From assembly GCA_964252035.1 (NCBI GenBank), contig OZ176207.1: DNA of 64,000 nucleotides; one strand, given 5' to 3'. The DNA comes from Podarcis erhardii (Eukaryota). Positions 12,400-25,366 of this stretch are shown one piece after another (position 1 is the first letter of the stretch; each line of letters begins with the position of its first letter). Both the position numbers and the translations under genes were made by a program. The notes under the pieces are model-generated. The model did not search any database and was not told the origin of the DNA. It was given only the letters and a program-made list of their open reading frames with translations.

Positions 12400-13560
12400 T
12401 TATTTACTTACAAAATTTCTTATGAGCCCTTCCCCATGAGGTTCCAGGGTGGGGTACATCAATATAAAATACAGTTGTAAAAACCCCAGATAAAACCAGT
12501 GAGATTATTGTGGCGATCACACAGGGTCCTTGGACGTTTGACGGTCTATTGATCCCTGTGCCACCACTGTGATTGCTTCCCCGCTGCCACCAACCCGTTT
12601 CTCTCTGGTACACACGGAGTCCAGACAGTTGTTAACGTTAAACCAAATAAGAGTTTATTTTATAAGTCTTAGCAAGTTTATGGTTTCAGATATTTTTTCT
12701 TGTCAGTTTCTTAATCTTAGGTTCTTACCAGCCTATACCTTCCTATTACCTACTACTGATTATACCAGCTGTCTATCTGACTCCTCCTAACAGATTCTCT
12801 CACTCTCTCACATCAAACTATCCCAACCCACAGACATATCCTTCCTCTCTCTTCTCTAACACTGGACTGACTTCTCCACAACACTAACTCTAATTCTAAC
12901 TCCTCCCCTTGGGTTCCCATTTGCCAATCACTTCACACTCATTTAACCCTTTCCTTATGACCCAGCATGTCACCTAGGAGGGCAAACGCCACAATTATAA
13001 ACAGCCATGTAAATCTGCCCACCCCCTGGACTTTTGAGGGTGGAAGAACTACCAAGAGAGCCCCCTCTGCCCAACTTAACATCCAAGGGGGTCGGTGGGA
13101 CTTGAGGCCTAAATCATCTGATGCTTTAAAACGCCAATGTGAGCACCTTGAATTGTGCTCAGAAACAAACTGGTAACCAGTGCAGCTGTTTTAAAACAGG
13201 GGTTATATACTAGCTCTAAAAGGAACCCAAGCCACTTATTTGGCCTCTGTGGACTAGTTGAAGTTTCTGAATCATCTTCAAGGGAAGCCACATGTAGAGG
13301 GCTTTGCAATAGCTCAATCTAGAGGTTGTCATAGTGCAGAGTACAGTGGTTGTTGGTGAACCAGCTATAGCTGGAAATAGTCTCTTCAAGGCACTAAGAC
13401 CATCTCAGTGACAGTACTGAATCCAGGACATCCGCAAGCTAGAGACCTGTTCCTTCCAGGGGAGTGCAACCCTGTAGAGAACAGGCTATCTCCTACCCAC
13501 TGGACTTGAGAACTCAGAACACACAATACCTCTGTCTCTTTAGGGTTCCACTTCACTTTA
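12400..13560 (-). mobile_element. L2 LINE 3' fragment interrupted by a solo LTR
   Basis: Degenerate L2 RT C-terminal motifs (CACCTTGAATTG, GGGCTTTGCAATAGCTCAATCTAGAGGT), also seen in the 28180-28750 copy. Confidence 0.5.
12509..12993 (-). mobile_element. Solo LTR, 485 bp
   Basis: TG...CA ends with 7-bp inverted termini TGTGGCG / CGCCACA; perfect 5-bp TSD ATTAT (12504-12508, 12994-12998); AATAAA on the minus strand near 12655. Confidence 0.85.
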
Positions 13561-16500
13561 TGCTATGATATACTCACACTGTCAGAAGATGTATGCCTCT
13601 GAATGTCAGCTGCTGCAGATCACTAGTGGAAGAGTGCTATGGAACTTGTGTTCTGTTGTGGGCATTCTCTGGTTGGCCCTGTGAGAGCGTAATGCTGCAC
13701 AGATTGGCTTTTTGTCTCCTCCTGCGGGGCTCCTTGCAGGTTCTTACAATAAAGAGGAGGGACCACGTGTGTTGTTCTGAGCTCCTTGAAGGGTGTTTGA
13801 TTTTGGAGGTAGCTTTTCTAGCACGGTTCGTTGCCTGCAGAAATGTGGAATTTGCTTTCATTTGTCAGGATGTGCAGTGCTTATTTCATCTCCGCTGCCT
13901 GTCTTTTCCCCATTGATTGTGATTGAAGCAACTGTTATGTTTAAGTACGACCAACAACAACCCTAAACTGTTCCATTAAAAGGGGGGGGGGGTCCAAAGT
14001 CTAATATAAAGTACAAATCCTAGTATATATTATAGTTCATCTTATTTTAAATATGTACAGTTTTGTGTTTCTGGATAAGTTTCAGCTCCATTAAAATGAA
14101 GCAGGTATGCTGCATAATATATAGACAAAAAAAGGTTGCTCGCAGAGCAATTGTGCAGAGAAGGAACACTGCAATCCTGAGTTTGTCTTGTCAGAAATAA
14201 AGCCCACTGTGTTTAATGGGGTATAGGATTGCAACTAATTAAATCCAATTAATTTCAATGAAGCTGAGTCACTTATGACTTGGGTATAGTGCAGCCACAT
14301 GGTGCCTGGTGGACTACATAGCAGCAATATATTTAGGGAACTGATGACTTATTGTGATAAATCTGCTTCAAACTGGGGTCCCAGTGTAACAAGAAATCTC
14401 TCCAACTATGCTGTGTTCTGGCATATTTCCCTGGGTAGAACACACCCGAGCTCCTTTTTCAATTGTATGCAGGCTATAATTCATTGGCTATCATTTTACT
14501 TCAGGAGAGAGTGCCAGTCATTTTCCTAGCTGATGGAAACTTTGAATACAGCTGACCTGGAAAGCTTGAGCAAAAGAATTTTGTCTCAGTATTAGAAAAT
14601 AAGCATAAAGAGGGGGGGGGGAGGTATTTAAATTCTGAAAGGGAAGTGACATGCTGTTGCCCACACTTGTCTGTACTTGAGTTAGCAGTAAGAAAGGACC
14701 AGGACTTCTTTGCCAGTTCTCAACAAGATGAGCAGGATGACATGAAAGTGGGGAGCCCTTCAAATATCCTGAGGGCTTTACATACACACTAGAGCTAAGG
14801 AGTTGAGCTTTTTGCAGTACTGCTACAAATCTTGTTAATAATATACCTGTAGGAAAATATGCAGTTATTAGAAATTCTATGTTTAAACCTTGCTATTTTC
14901 AGCATTCTTTGGATCTTGTTTGATAGCGGGATCCAAAATGTTGGTGTCTTGGGCCCTTTGTGTCTTGTCTATATGTTCTAGGTTCCCTGTCACATTCAGA
15001 CTAGTGGAAGTTAATATTTTATTTGGAAATATGTTCATTCTTCCTAAAATGAATATTTAATGTACTTTTTATTATGCAATAAATGAAAGGTGTAAGCCAT
15101 AATGGCATTTCTAACTGATGAGATTTATGCTAAAAGGTGACATAGTTTGGAGCGAAACTTAAGCACTGGTCTAAATTAATTTTGTGAAACAATGGTGAAG
15201 GCACTGGAACAGAATGGCAGCAATCAATAAATCTTTGTACTGTGAATGTGTTATTTTGGCTGGCTATGGCCCCTGAGCTTTCTTTCAACAGATGCTTCCC
15301 CATTTTGGTTTCTTTAAGCATCCCCTTCTTCTGCAGAGTGAGTGTATAACTGACTAATATTGTGTGTGTTTGCGGTGGCAACAATGGGGAAGCTTAGCGA
15401 AGGCAGAAGACTGGGAAGAATGGCAACTTTGCATCTTTTCATTGACTTTGTGTCTGCAGCTTAATACAATACATTATAGCACATTGAGGCTGCAGTCCTA
15501 AGCCCACTTACTTGAGAGTGAGCCACACTCAACTCAATAGGATTTACTTCTGCATAGACAGGATTGCAGTGTCAGATGCTTAACACTGATGGTAAAGGGA
15601 AACGTGACCAGCTCAGTATCACATGGCATGGAGCGTTTGGGGAATCACAGAAGGTGCTGCCGCTATTGTGTCAATGGAAGGCAAAAGGTGGGGGCAGTGG
15701 TGGACTTTGGCGTTGCACAAAGCACCACTGCAATTGTATATCCCAAGGTCCACCATTGCTGGTAGCGGCTGGTGGAGGAAAAGATCAGAGACATGCAACT
15801 TCAGCCTCCTATAGTTTATGGATGGCAAAAGCTGGAAGGCTGGTTTTTTGTTTTGTTTTTAATTGCTCTACCTACAGCTTCTGAACTGACACACTGTAAA
15901 TCAGTAAGCAGAAGAAGCTCCCTACCTGTGTGCACAGAGAGCTTGAAGTTTCAGCAGCAATTTGCTTAAAGATCTGCACAACCAGATCTTAAGTGCTCTG
16001 TACAGATATCAATCCAGTGGTAACAGCTTTTTTCTTCTATATCTATTGCTTCTACATAATCATCACCTGGGAGATAGGATGGCCATTTAAATGTATGTGG
16101 TGTTGCAATGTGAGAAGGAAGGGAAAATTGGGGGCCTAGCCTTGGTTTAAAAACTATGATGTTGGTGACAATTATGGCACTATTGCTATGCATACAAAAA
16201 CACGTAGATGTCTGGCTTAAGCCTGAGTGCTTTCTTGAGTTGCAGGGGTGTGTTAGATTAATCTGTTTAAACACAGGTCTTGGCAAAGTGTGAAAACTTC
16301 TTAAAATGCGGGGCAAAATCATTCAGTGATTAGCTCCTATGGAGATGTTTTAGTGTAGCTGCTGCTTTTATTTCTTAAAGCATATTAACCAGAAACTGCA
16401 CAATCATTTTGTTCTGTGGTGCACTTAAAATGCTGGCTGACTTAAATTAAGACATTGTGGAGTTTCTGTAATTCTAGCTTTATTGAATAGGTATTCCTAA

Positions 16501-17009
16501 GAGCCCTGGCTTATGGGAAAAAACTATTTTTATCCATCAATATATGCATGATCTTGGCGACTGCTGTGACCACACATAGCCACTACTTTTTTATATATAT
16601 AAAAAAAAGCAATGAATTGCTTAAATAATAATTGAGATATTAAAAATTTATATCATGACAAAGCTTAACAAGATCCTTCAGTGTGATGAGCAGTGCTTAA
16701 TATTAGTTAATAACTAAGTAACAGTAAACTTTGCCTGATATTCAGTGACTAACACTGGATACCCCCTATAGTCATGCTAAGAGTAGACCCATAGAAAGAA
16801 ATAGGCTTAAGTAACTGGAATCCATTGATTTTAATGGTATACTCTGAATATAATGTGAAAAATCATCCTGTGTTTGTACTAAAAGTAGAAAAGGAACAAG
16901 GTGAGATTCACTAGTAGAACTTTGTTTTTTTAAGCATGGATATGAATAGCAAAGTTTCAACAGGTGTTACCAGAGGATGGTAGGAACAGAAGGTGGGGAA
17001 TAGATGGGT

Positions 17010-17280
17010 CCATGTTTCCTGTGCTTTCATATATTCATGAATGGGAATAATGTCTCCCTCCAAAGATGGGAGGATATTTGGGCTGGGTGTCCAGAACATT
17101 GACCCCAAATATTGAAAAAAAATCCCTGCCTTTTGTTGTACCTGGAAATGTATAGAAGAGGTTGCACAAACGCATGAAATTGGAGAATGATACAGAATGC
17201 ACGAGTCCTAAACTGTGAGCACACACCTGCATGCAGAAAACTGTAATACATGTGAGTAATACATCTAATAAATGCTTTTA
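17010..17280 (+). mobile_element. Degenerate L1-like ORF2 3' relic
   Basis: Weak similarity to the L1 C-terminal region (AAAGATGGGAGGATATTTGG...CCTGGAAATGTATAGAAGAGGTTGCACAAA) followed by AATAAA. Confidence 0.3.
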
Positions 17281-18710
17281 TCATACAGTTTAACTCCCAG
17301 TGTCCCTTTTCTTGAGCATTGGCAATGATTTGTGCTCATGATGGTACTGGGGTGGTCATAAGTGATCCAACTTGTGATGCTATTTGTGCAAACAAAGGTT
17401 TTGAAGTGGCCATACTGAATCTTTTCCAATCACTCCATCTCCCATAACTTCCTGACAAAATCATGTGACCTTTCATGTTCTGGGTTTGTTTGTTTTTTGT
17501 TTTTGACTTGCTTTAGTGGTGCTGCATCCTCTCCAAGCAGCAATAATGTGGTAGCATTGCAGAACAAGTCATAATGCGAAAGAAAGCCATCACAAATGCA
17601 CTATAACTGTTCAACGACATGTTGCAGAATATGCCCGAATAAAACACCAATCTGGAGGGACGCTCAACTGCACATACTAAACAGAACCCCCTTATTCCAG
17701 TCCTTTGCCAATTTTGTCAGTTTTCCTTCACCAGCCTTCCTATACCTCCCCCTGCCACACACACTCAGTCGCTGAAATGCTAACAATAACACAAGAAATT
17801 ATAGTTGCCTGGCGAGGATTGTCCTCAAGATCACCAGTTGCACATTACTCAAGTGTATACTGGCTGACTCCTTGCCATTCTCAGGGGTAATAAAGCAACC
17901 CAAATTAAAAGCTCTACTCCATTAAATTCTGTCTTCAGATTTGCTGACATACCCTTGGATTTAGCTTTAATTGGAAACAAAATGGAATATGTTTTGTGAC
18001 CTACTGTGCTGATTTACATGAGACTATTCAATTCAATTCTGGAAACGTGTAATTTTTAAAAAAGAAAATCCATTAACAGCTGGTTCTCTGACCCCACATC
18101 TCGACTCTTGGCAATGGAAAATGCAACTCTCAAAAATTACAGTATTTGGAGAAGTCTATTATGCATTTTGTGTACCTACCAGACTCCTATTAAATTCAAA
18201 GCCATTAAATCTGCCTCCTGGAGTGGTAGGAGGGGAATGAAGCCCCCAGCCACATAAATAGTTCCAGGTTTAGCAGCTTAGAAGGGGTTTCTCTGCTCTA
18301 GTTATGTAATTATCCTATGACTCATTCTAGGTGGCACAATTTAGAATACTAAGACAAGGCAGTGATTCCCCCAAAGCCTAAGACATCCATCTCACCTTAG
18401 AAGTTACCTTTAAAATTCTCTGGCATGCCATGCAGCTTTGCCTTAAGCACGCTAAGCTATCAAATCTCTCATTTCTTGGAGACTTTGCAATCTCCTTGCT
18501 AGTAGGTGGCAAGAGGCAGGATATATTTCCTACATCAAAAGTTCCATATCTCTGTGTCCCTTGCCCTGTCGTTTGGAATCTCAAGAAGTTTCCATTTTCA
18601 TCTCTTATGTGCTGAAAAACCACCTCTCTCTCTCTCTCTCTCTCTGAAAAGGTAGCTGTGCTGGCCCCATATGCAAAATAATAATATTAAAAAATCCACA
18701 TACATCTATC

Positions 18711-18888
18711 CAGTGCTTTTTTTCTGGGGGTACGCAGGGGGGTACAAATACCCCTAAGCATTTTGTGAATCTTTGTACTTTTGTCCATTTTCTGTATTTA
18801 TTTTTCCTGATTTGAACTATAAAATGGTGATTTTCCTGAGTCAAAATGAGAGAACCCTTAAACTTTTTTTTAAAGAAAAAAAGCACTG
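18711..18888. mobile_element. hAT-type MITE, family copy 1
   Basis: TIRs CAGTGCTTTTTTTCT / AGAAAAAAAGCACTG; perfect 8-bp TSD CATCTATC. Confidence 0.9.
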
Positions 18889-19632
18889 CATCTATCCCTT
18901 TATTATGCCAACCAAGATGTCACAAAGATAGTGTACAAGAGCTTAGACTAAAATTGTCTGGAGCAATACAGCACATACAGAATGTTTAGCTACATAGCAA
19001 GTCTCATGGTCTCACTAATTTATTTGATTTGCTGGTTTTACTAATTTTTTGTAATATTTTGCGCTGTATGTATGTATTGTAATTATACAAAATATAGCTT
19101 GAGGACTGAGAAGAAAGTAAATTTGACAGAACATCCCTTCCTTGATGCTGACATTAGAGAAATATTTGAAAGTAAGTATCATGCTAAATTGCATATTTTT
19201 CTTTCTCCGCTGTGAGCTTTCTAGTGTCATCCTATGATTTTCATCACAGAGACTGTTTCCTGAAGTCTTATATATTGTATCCATTTACAGTATAACACAG
19301 AGCAATTCATGCCTGTCAAATACATATATTCTGGTGCTAATCATTCCATATTGGTTTTGCCTTTAAGCAGCTGTTTTGCCTACTTGGGTCTGTAAACTGT
19401 TCCTTGTTCTTATCACTCAGTTCTCAGCATCCCCAAATGCTTGTGACACTTGGACAACCTGTGTTCAACCAGAAATAATGTGAACCAATATGGTCCTACT
19501 GTCCTCATGCCACTTTTTTTTTTAGCTTAGACCTTTCTCAGGATGTGTTACAGTGTTACAATCAAGTGGAATTATTATTTACCTCTTATTCATGGTTTTG
19601 GAATTTCGTGTTAGCATCTGTCCATTTCTCAG

Positions 19633-20770
19633 TCTCTTATACAAAGCAGATTTCAGACCTAGAAAAAAAGGACAATATTCTGGAGGAGGAACCCGTTTTG
19701 GAAGAAACAGTGTTGGTGTTGTAAACTAAAGATGATGGCTCAATTGCAGCTGTTACCGTCTGAAGAAAATTATGGGAATGGGAAGTCTCCAAAGCTTCCA
19801 GGTGAAGGTCAATAGGCAAGGGTGGGAAATATACAATAGGCCAAAGCAAGGCCTACTTTCGATGTAGCTGTGCAAACTCAGACTGAGGAAAAGAAGATGC
19901 CATCTGTAATGGTTAATGTCAACAAAAACAACAGGGGAAAAGAGATAAAGCACAGTATGTGACGGTGACTGTTCAGCAGCAATGGGATGGAAGAGGAGAG
20001 GTTCCCTAGATGACCATACAGGTACAACAAGGACAAAATATGCTATCAGTAACAGCCAAGGTGCAACAAGAGTGGAACAAAATTGGAGAGGTATCATGTG
20101 TGTCTGTAAAATTGCAACAGCAGATTGCAGGAAGAGAGATGCCCCACCCATGTGTACATGGGAATGGTCATGAAGGAGAAATTCCTTGTGAGGATGCCCA
20201 TTGGCAACACAATAACAGGTACAAGGATGCACCTCATGAAAAACAAGACCAGCAGCAAACCCAGTGCAAGAATGGGATAATAATGGAAGAGGAGCAGGAG
20301 CAACAAGATCGGGAAGAGACAAATCTGTTGGATTCAAAGTCCCTATGGAAGAACATGAATCAATCACTGGGGAATGAGAGCTTGCAACAGCAACGTAAGT
20401 GGGACCAAAGCAGCACAGAGCAGCTAAGGGCCGAAGACCTGCTACAAAGAGAGCAAAAAGAAAGATTAGAGGTGATGGTGATGGAGAAGAAATTGCATGA
20501 TGACAGCCAAAATGCAGAACTAACAAATATGCTAAAACTTCAATCTTGTAGTATGAGAGAGGAAGACACACAAGACCCAACCACAGAGAAGCGGCAGGAA
20601 CATGAAAATGAAGATGACATTTCCTCTCATCAGCAGCAACATGGTTCAGATGAAGGAACCCAAAAGATGAAGGTAGAAGAGAAGGAACAGGAAGACAAAG
20701 AAAAAAATGTATCTAAGAAACACAGAAGGGATATGCCTATTTTGTTGCAATCCCAATAGCAAATGATCAG
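19633..20770 (+). pseudogene. AKAP7-like large Glu/Gln-rich exon ending in the YFVAIPIANDQ strand
   Basis: Acceptor tttctcAG at 19631-19632 and donor CAG|GTAAGG at 20771. Contains the 249-aa ORF 20010-20759, in-frame stops at 19722 and 20007, and a frameshift at 20736-20738. Exon start is less certain than its end. Confidence 0.75.
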
Positions 20771-23099
20771 GTAAGGCAAATTTGGCTTAATAATTGGAAT
20801 GCTGTGATGTGGATTAAAAATCATTAAGCTGTTCCTAATTAGTACTTAATTAGCTGTAACTATGGGCTCGTCCACACTTCCTTTTATGCCACATTTCTGG
20901 GCACAGGTCCAAGTAGCGGTTGTTGTTGTTTTTCATCCAGTGCTTTCCCTGGGAAACCCATGTTTTGCTGCTGAATCAGAGCAAGCAGCAATTGCAGACA
21001 AATAAAAAATAAATAAAAATGCTCGTACACAGATCTGGAAAACCCAAATGTCAGGGGGCTGCATCAGCTGCATGACTGAGTTCACTGTAGTGAATTCAGT
21101 CATGCAGCCAATACCTGTGGGATGCAGCTTTGCCAGCCCTAGACTCAGGATAAGCCCTGAGCGCAGGGCTGGCAGAGCTCCTTGCAATGCTGTCAGGTGA
21201 TGTCAGCCTATCAAAGTTGGCACACACAGAAGCGTAGGAAAGGATGTGTGGTGTGTGTGGTGTGTGTGGTCCACCCTGGGTACCATGACTGAGGGGGGGT
21301 GACAAAATGGCAGGTGAATGGGCAGCACACCTGGCACCTGGTGGCAGCAGCTCTTCTGACCCGGCAGCAGAGAGCAGCCCACCTCAGCCGTGACAAAGCA
21401 CACCTGGCCGCAGCAGCTCCATTGCTGGGTCATCAGTGAGCAGCAGCTTCCCCACCCCTCTCCTACCCTGAACTGTGGCACATGGGAGGGCACCCTCTGC
21501 CCCCCGCCCCCCTCGGGAGTGCTCCCATGCCCCCCCCTCAGGAGTGTGTCTGCCCTGGGCAGCACAGGCATATGCTTCTCCTCTGGGCACACAGGGATGG
21601 AAACAGATGAGGACATGGCTTGCCAAACCAATAAGGTTTCCCACCACTGGAGTAATCAATCAATTTAAGCAGGGCTGGGAAGCCTCAGGCCTAGGTTGGT
21701 CTGTATGTGCCCCCCCCCCAGGCTTCTTTCTCTGACTGTTGGGATGTTCCTCCTGCCACATGGGCCTTGCTTCACATACTCCTTGAGTGTTTTTGTCTGA
21801 ACTCTGATAATGCCTCTTGCTTGCCTGAATTATGGCTAGAGTAAGATGTGAGTGTGTGTAGACACTAGACTACTGTGCAAGTGTGAAATTCACATTTACT
21901 CCACTCACATTGACCTCTGGCCCTGTTGACTACAGATGTATGGCCCCCAGAAAAGGATGCATCCCTCAGGCTGAAAAAGGGTTTCCCACTCCAGAATTCA
22001 AGCCTGCAGCACTAATAATAATAAAAGGTTATGGAATATAAGGACACATGCCCTTGAACAGCATGTCTATATGCTTAACTTTTTTTTGTTGAAGAATAGA
22101 AAATATTATGGTCTGGTTTTGGTGCCCCAGAAACATAAGTGCATTTTTAAGTGAACAAAACTGAACCATACCAACTAGAATTGTAACTTCTTTTCAGTGC
22201 ATGTTTAAGCTTCTGGCCATTGGGACTTCCCTCTCCTGGTTAAATTCATTCATCTTAATCCTAAAAATGCTATTGAAGGTTCTTTCAAAAACCATAGTAT
22301 TTTTTCCTGCAGCTTTTCAGCTACGCAGATGAAACAGACTTGGAAAATGCTGAGAACAGGCCGTGCAGCTCAGCAAAAACAATGTCTTTAAAAGTGGCAA
22401 ATTTAGTCATCTGAACGGATTTATTTGCCATCACAGTTTCCCACTTGGGAAAAGGCATCAGTTTCTTCATGTAATCAGGAAGTAGCACACAATTAATTAT
22501 GGAAATGCTATTCCATTTTCCAGTCTGTTAACAATTGGCAGCTGCATAAGACCACACCAATACTTAGTTCTCTTAGTTTTGTGCCCTCAGTGAAGCTGAG
22601 GTTCAGAAATAGCACAATCAGTTTCTGCTTCCTCATAATATACTCTATATATTTAAAATTTAAGGAAAGATCATATTGAAATTCTGGGCTTCAGGCAAAG
22701 GTGAAGATGCATTCTGCATTCTCTCAAGTAGATACAACTCAAGTGGAAGTCTGAAGTTGCACATAAGAATTATGTATCAATAATGTGTTTCTTAGGGATG
22801 GTAAATCCGGGATCCCTCCCCTCCCAAAGAACTTTATTTTTTAGAGCCTAAAAAAGTTCCTTATCTCAGTCTGTTTTCATGAAGCCCAAAATGAGTTCAG
22901 TTTGATGTTAAAAATTGCTTTTGGTTTAAGAGAGATAACTTCAAATCACTGCCTAGCACCTGGAGAATGACTGAACACATCTTGAACAGGGACACTTCCC
23001 AAGTGTCTTAAGAAGCTAAATAAATTATCTCTGGGTCTAGGGTTAAAACGTTAACAAAGTGGGTGCATTATTTTTGATAAACCTCCTTTTTATCATTAG

Positions 23100-23235
23100 A
23101 TTTTAGATAAAATTGAAGATGTCGAAGAGCTGATATTCACCAAAGAGCCTGACCTCTTGAGAGCCCCAATTCCAGATCAAACGGTGCATTTATGATTACT
23201 GTAGCTCATCTGAGGACAGAATATGATGTGAGAAG
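23100..23235 (+). pseudogene. AKAP7-like exon carrying the first HxT motif (frameshifted)
   Basis: Acceptor tttttatcattAG and donor AG|GTAAGG. The exon is 136 nt; CAT TTA TG ATT at 23187-23197 shows a 1-nt loss that creates TGA at 23193. Confidence 0.85.
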
Positions 23236-23640
23236 GTAAGGGAACTTAAAACAGGGAGAGGAAATAACTTTAAATGTCGTTTTGCAATTAAATGAATGAA
23301 TGGTTTTTATTCTTAACACATTTTGTGTTGGATACCATGGTCAACGTGGGATCAAATGCCACTGTGAGGGTTGTGCTACCCCTGTCCATTTTCCAGCTTG
23401 GGTCCGCCAAGGTAGTAAGTTTATTCCCTGTGAGCAATATCCAGCTAACTAGGTTCATCTGTGTAAGATTTTCTGCTTGCACAGTGGAACCCTCCCTCTC
23501 CTCTCCTCTCCCTGTGCACACACCTCCCCTTCCCCAAATCTACTACAGAATAGATTTAGGGGGTGCCTGGGGAGAAGGAAAGGAAGAGAATTTCTGCTGT
23601 ATGAGTGGAAATCCTTCCACTGACTGAATGTGAACTGGTT

Positions 23641-23775
23641 ATGGAATCATAGAATTGTAGAATTGGAAGGACCCCAAGGGTCTTCTATTCCAACCCCCTG
23701 CAATGCAGGAATCTTTTGCCCAATGTGGGTCTCAAACCCATAACCCTGAGATTGAGTCTTGTGCCCTACCGACTG
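23641..23775 (-). mobile_element. Short tRNA-derived SINE with CR1-type tail
   Basis: Minus strand reads CAGTCGGTAGGGCACAAGACTC-AATCTCAGGGTTATGGGTTTGAGACCC (tRNA-like), then CCTTCCAATTCTACAATTCTATGATTC (CR1 tail). Confidence 0.7.
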
Positions 23776-24035
23776 GCGTTGGTGAAATAATCTTTATTGT
23801 GAGTTACTAGAAGACTATTATAAAATTGAAAGCATAACATTCCAAGTATTCAGGACATGATAACTAGTGGTCTGATCCTGTTTTGAATAATAAACCTGGC
23901 AGTACAGAGGCAACGTGAGGCAAGGCTCCAATGGTTACCTTAGACAGCTCTGTGCAAGGCACAGGCAGTGGAAGCTCCACGTGAGCTGAGCTCAGTCGCT
24001 GCTTCCGCAGCTCAGTTCATCCTCAAGATGAGTGT

Positions 24036-24756
24036 TGTAGCAGGACCCCCCCCCCAATCACTCAGTTTGTACAAACTTCACACACACTCACACTCACACA
24101 CTACATACACTACACTTCTGTTATAAATTCATAGAAAATCAACCATACATCGGATTTGCACTGTTCCACTTTTATTTTACTCCATGAAGGAAAGACTACA
24201 AAATGGGGAAGGTTTGATACAGGGCACCATAATCCCTTCATCATCCCAGCACATCCACAGGAGCCCTGCCCAGTTGCTATGCCAACCCTGGTGGTCCTAG
24301 ACAGAAGACAATCAAGATCACAAAGAACTTGCATATGGGAGTGGATTCAGCATGGACTGGAACAAAGGACAATGATCAGATCTTCCCTCAGGGGGCAGGA
24401 AACTGTGACTACCTTTTGTCTTCAGAAAATGACTCATGGGGAGGAGGAGAAGGGAACCAGCCAGGTGACAGGACACTCAGGTTACCACCACAACTCCTCC
24501 CTCAACCCCTCCTTTCTGTAATGTATGCATGATGTTTCTGGGGGTGGGTTTGACCTAGAGGATGGGAATTTCAAAAGTTTTTATAAGGTCTTGCACACCA
24601 TTTTTCTGTGTCTTTTCTCTCACCTGCAAGTGAGGGGAGCACCCTGTTGCAACAGTCAATAAAGGCCAAGCCTGTAGGCTGCTGATTTGCTCCAATTTAC
24701 TCTGGTTGGTGTCTTTACTTTTTGTCCAAGGGAGCCCTCGGAATTTTCCGGTAACA
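24036..24756 (+). mobile_element. ERV-like solo LTR, 721 bp, in an intron of the AKAP7-like gene
   Basis: TGTAG...TAACA ends; 4-bp TSD GTGT (24032-24035, 24757-24760); TATAA at 24582 and AATAAA at 24658. Confidence 0.75.
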
Positions 24757-25175
24757 GTGTTAAATAGGAGACTGTGGCTCCACTAGGGCTTCTGGGCTGA
24801 AGTGCTGTGAGGTGGAGGAAGGCAACCCAATGTCCTTGGTTCAGAGAGGTCCTGGTATAGCAGACTACTATCACACAAGTGTTTCTGATAGTTTATGCCT
24901 GAGGGCAATCCTACCCATTGGAAATAATCAATATGTCTGTTTCTGTAAATATATATATTATAAAAAATAAACTTGTGCTGCTACATGAATAACACGTCAT
25001 AAAATTAAATGGAGCTCTACAAGGTACCTTCAGAAATCTCTTAGGGTTTTATGTTGCAGAAGCTATTTTAAACAATGTCTTATTTAATATTTATGTTTAT
25101 CTTTTATATCTCAGGATTTATTTTTAGGAGTATGATTAAAGTAACTGGTTGAGCTTCAGGTTTAGAATGTATGCA

Positions 25176-25366
25176 CAGTGGTACCTCGGGTTAAGAACGT
25201 AATTTGTTCTGGAGGTCCGTTTTTAACCTGAAACTGTTCTTAACCTGAGGTACCACTTTAGCTAATGGGGCCTCCCGCTGCCTGAAGCAAAATTCTTAAC
25301 CCGAGGTACTATTTCTGGGTTAGCGGAGTCTGTAACCTGAAGCATCTGTAACCTGAGGTGCCACTT
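25176..25366. mobile_element. Tc1/mariner (Tigger-like) MITE
   Basis: TIR CAGTGGTACCTCGGGTTA with a degenerate right end; same family as 37275-37500 and 47651-47889. Confidence 0.8.

Noticed and set aside
19753-20580. 275-aa minus-strand hydrophobic ORF
   Set aside because: Antisense shadow of the E/Q-rich sense exon (GAA/CAA codons read as TTC/TTG).
20010-20759. 249-aa ORF as an independent gene
   Set aside because: It is a fragment of the AKAP7-like large exon, bounded by a nonsense codon upstream and a frameshift-derived stop downstream.
22321-22470. Possible extra exon (SYADETDLENAENRP...; LNGFI/AITVS resembling PNYFVAIPI)
   Set aside because: The true motif YFVAIPIANDQ with a consensus donor is at 20738-20770 and joins 23100 in phase; this stretch has no good donor.
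23292-23627. QIYYRIDLGG resembling AKAP7 ILYRIDLCSM
   Set aside because: Chance match; the colinear homolog (ILRQIDLCAM) is in the 37796 exon.
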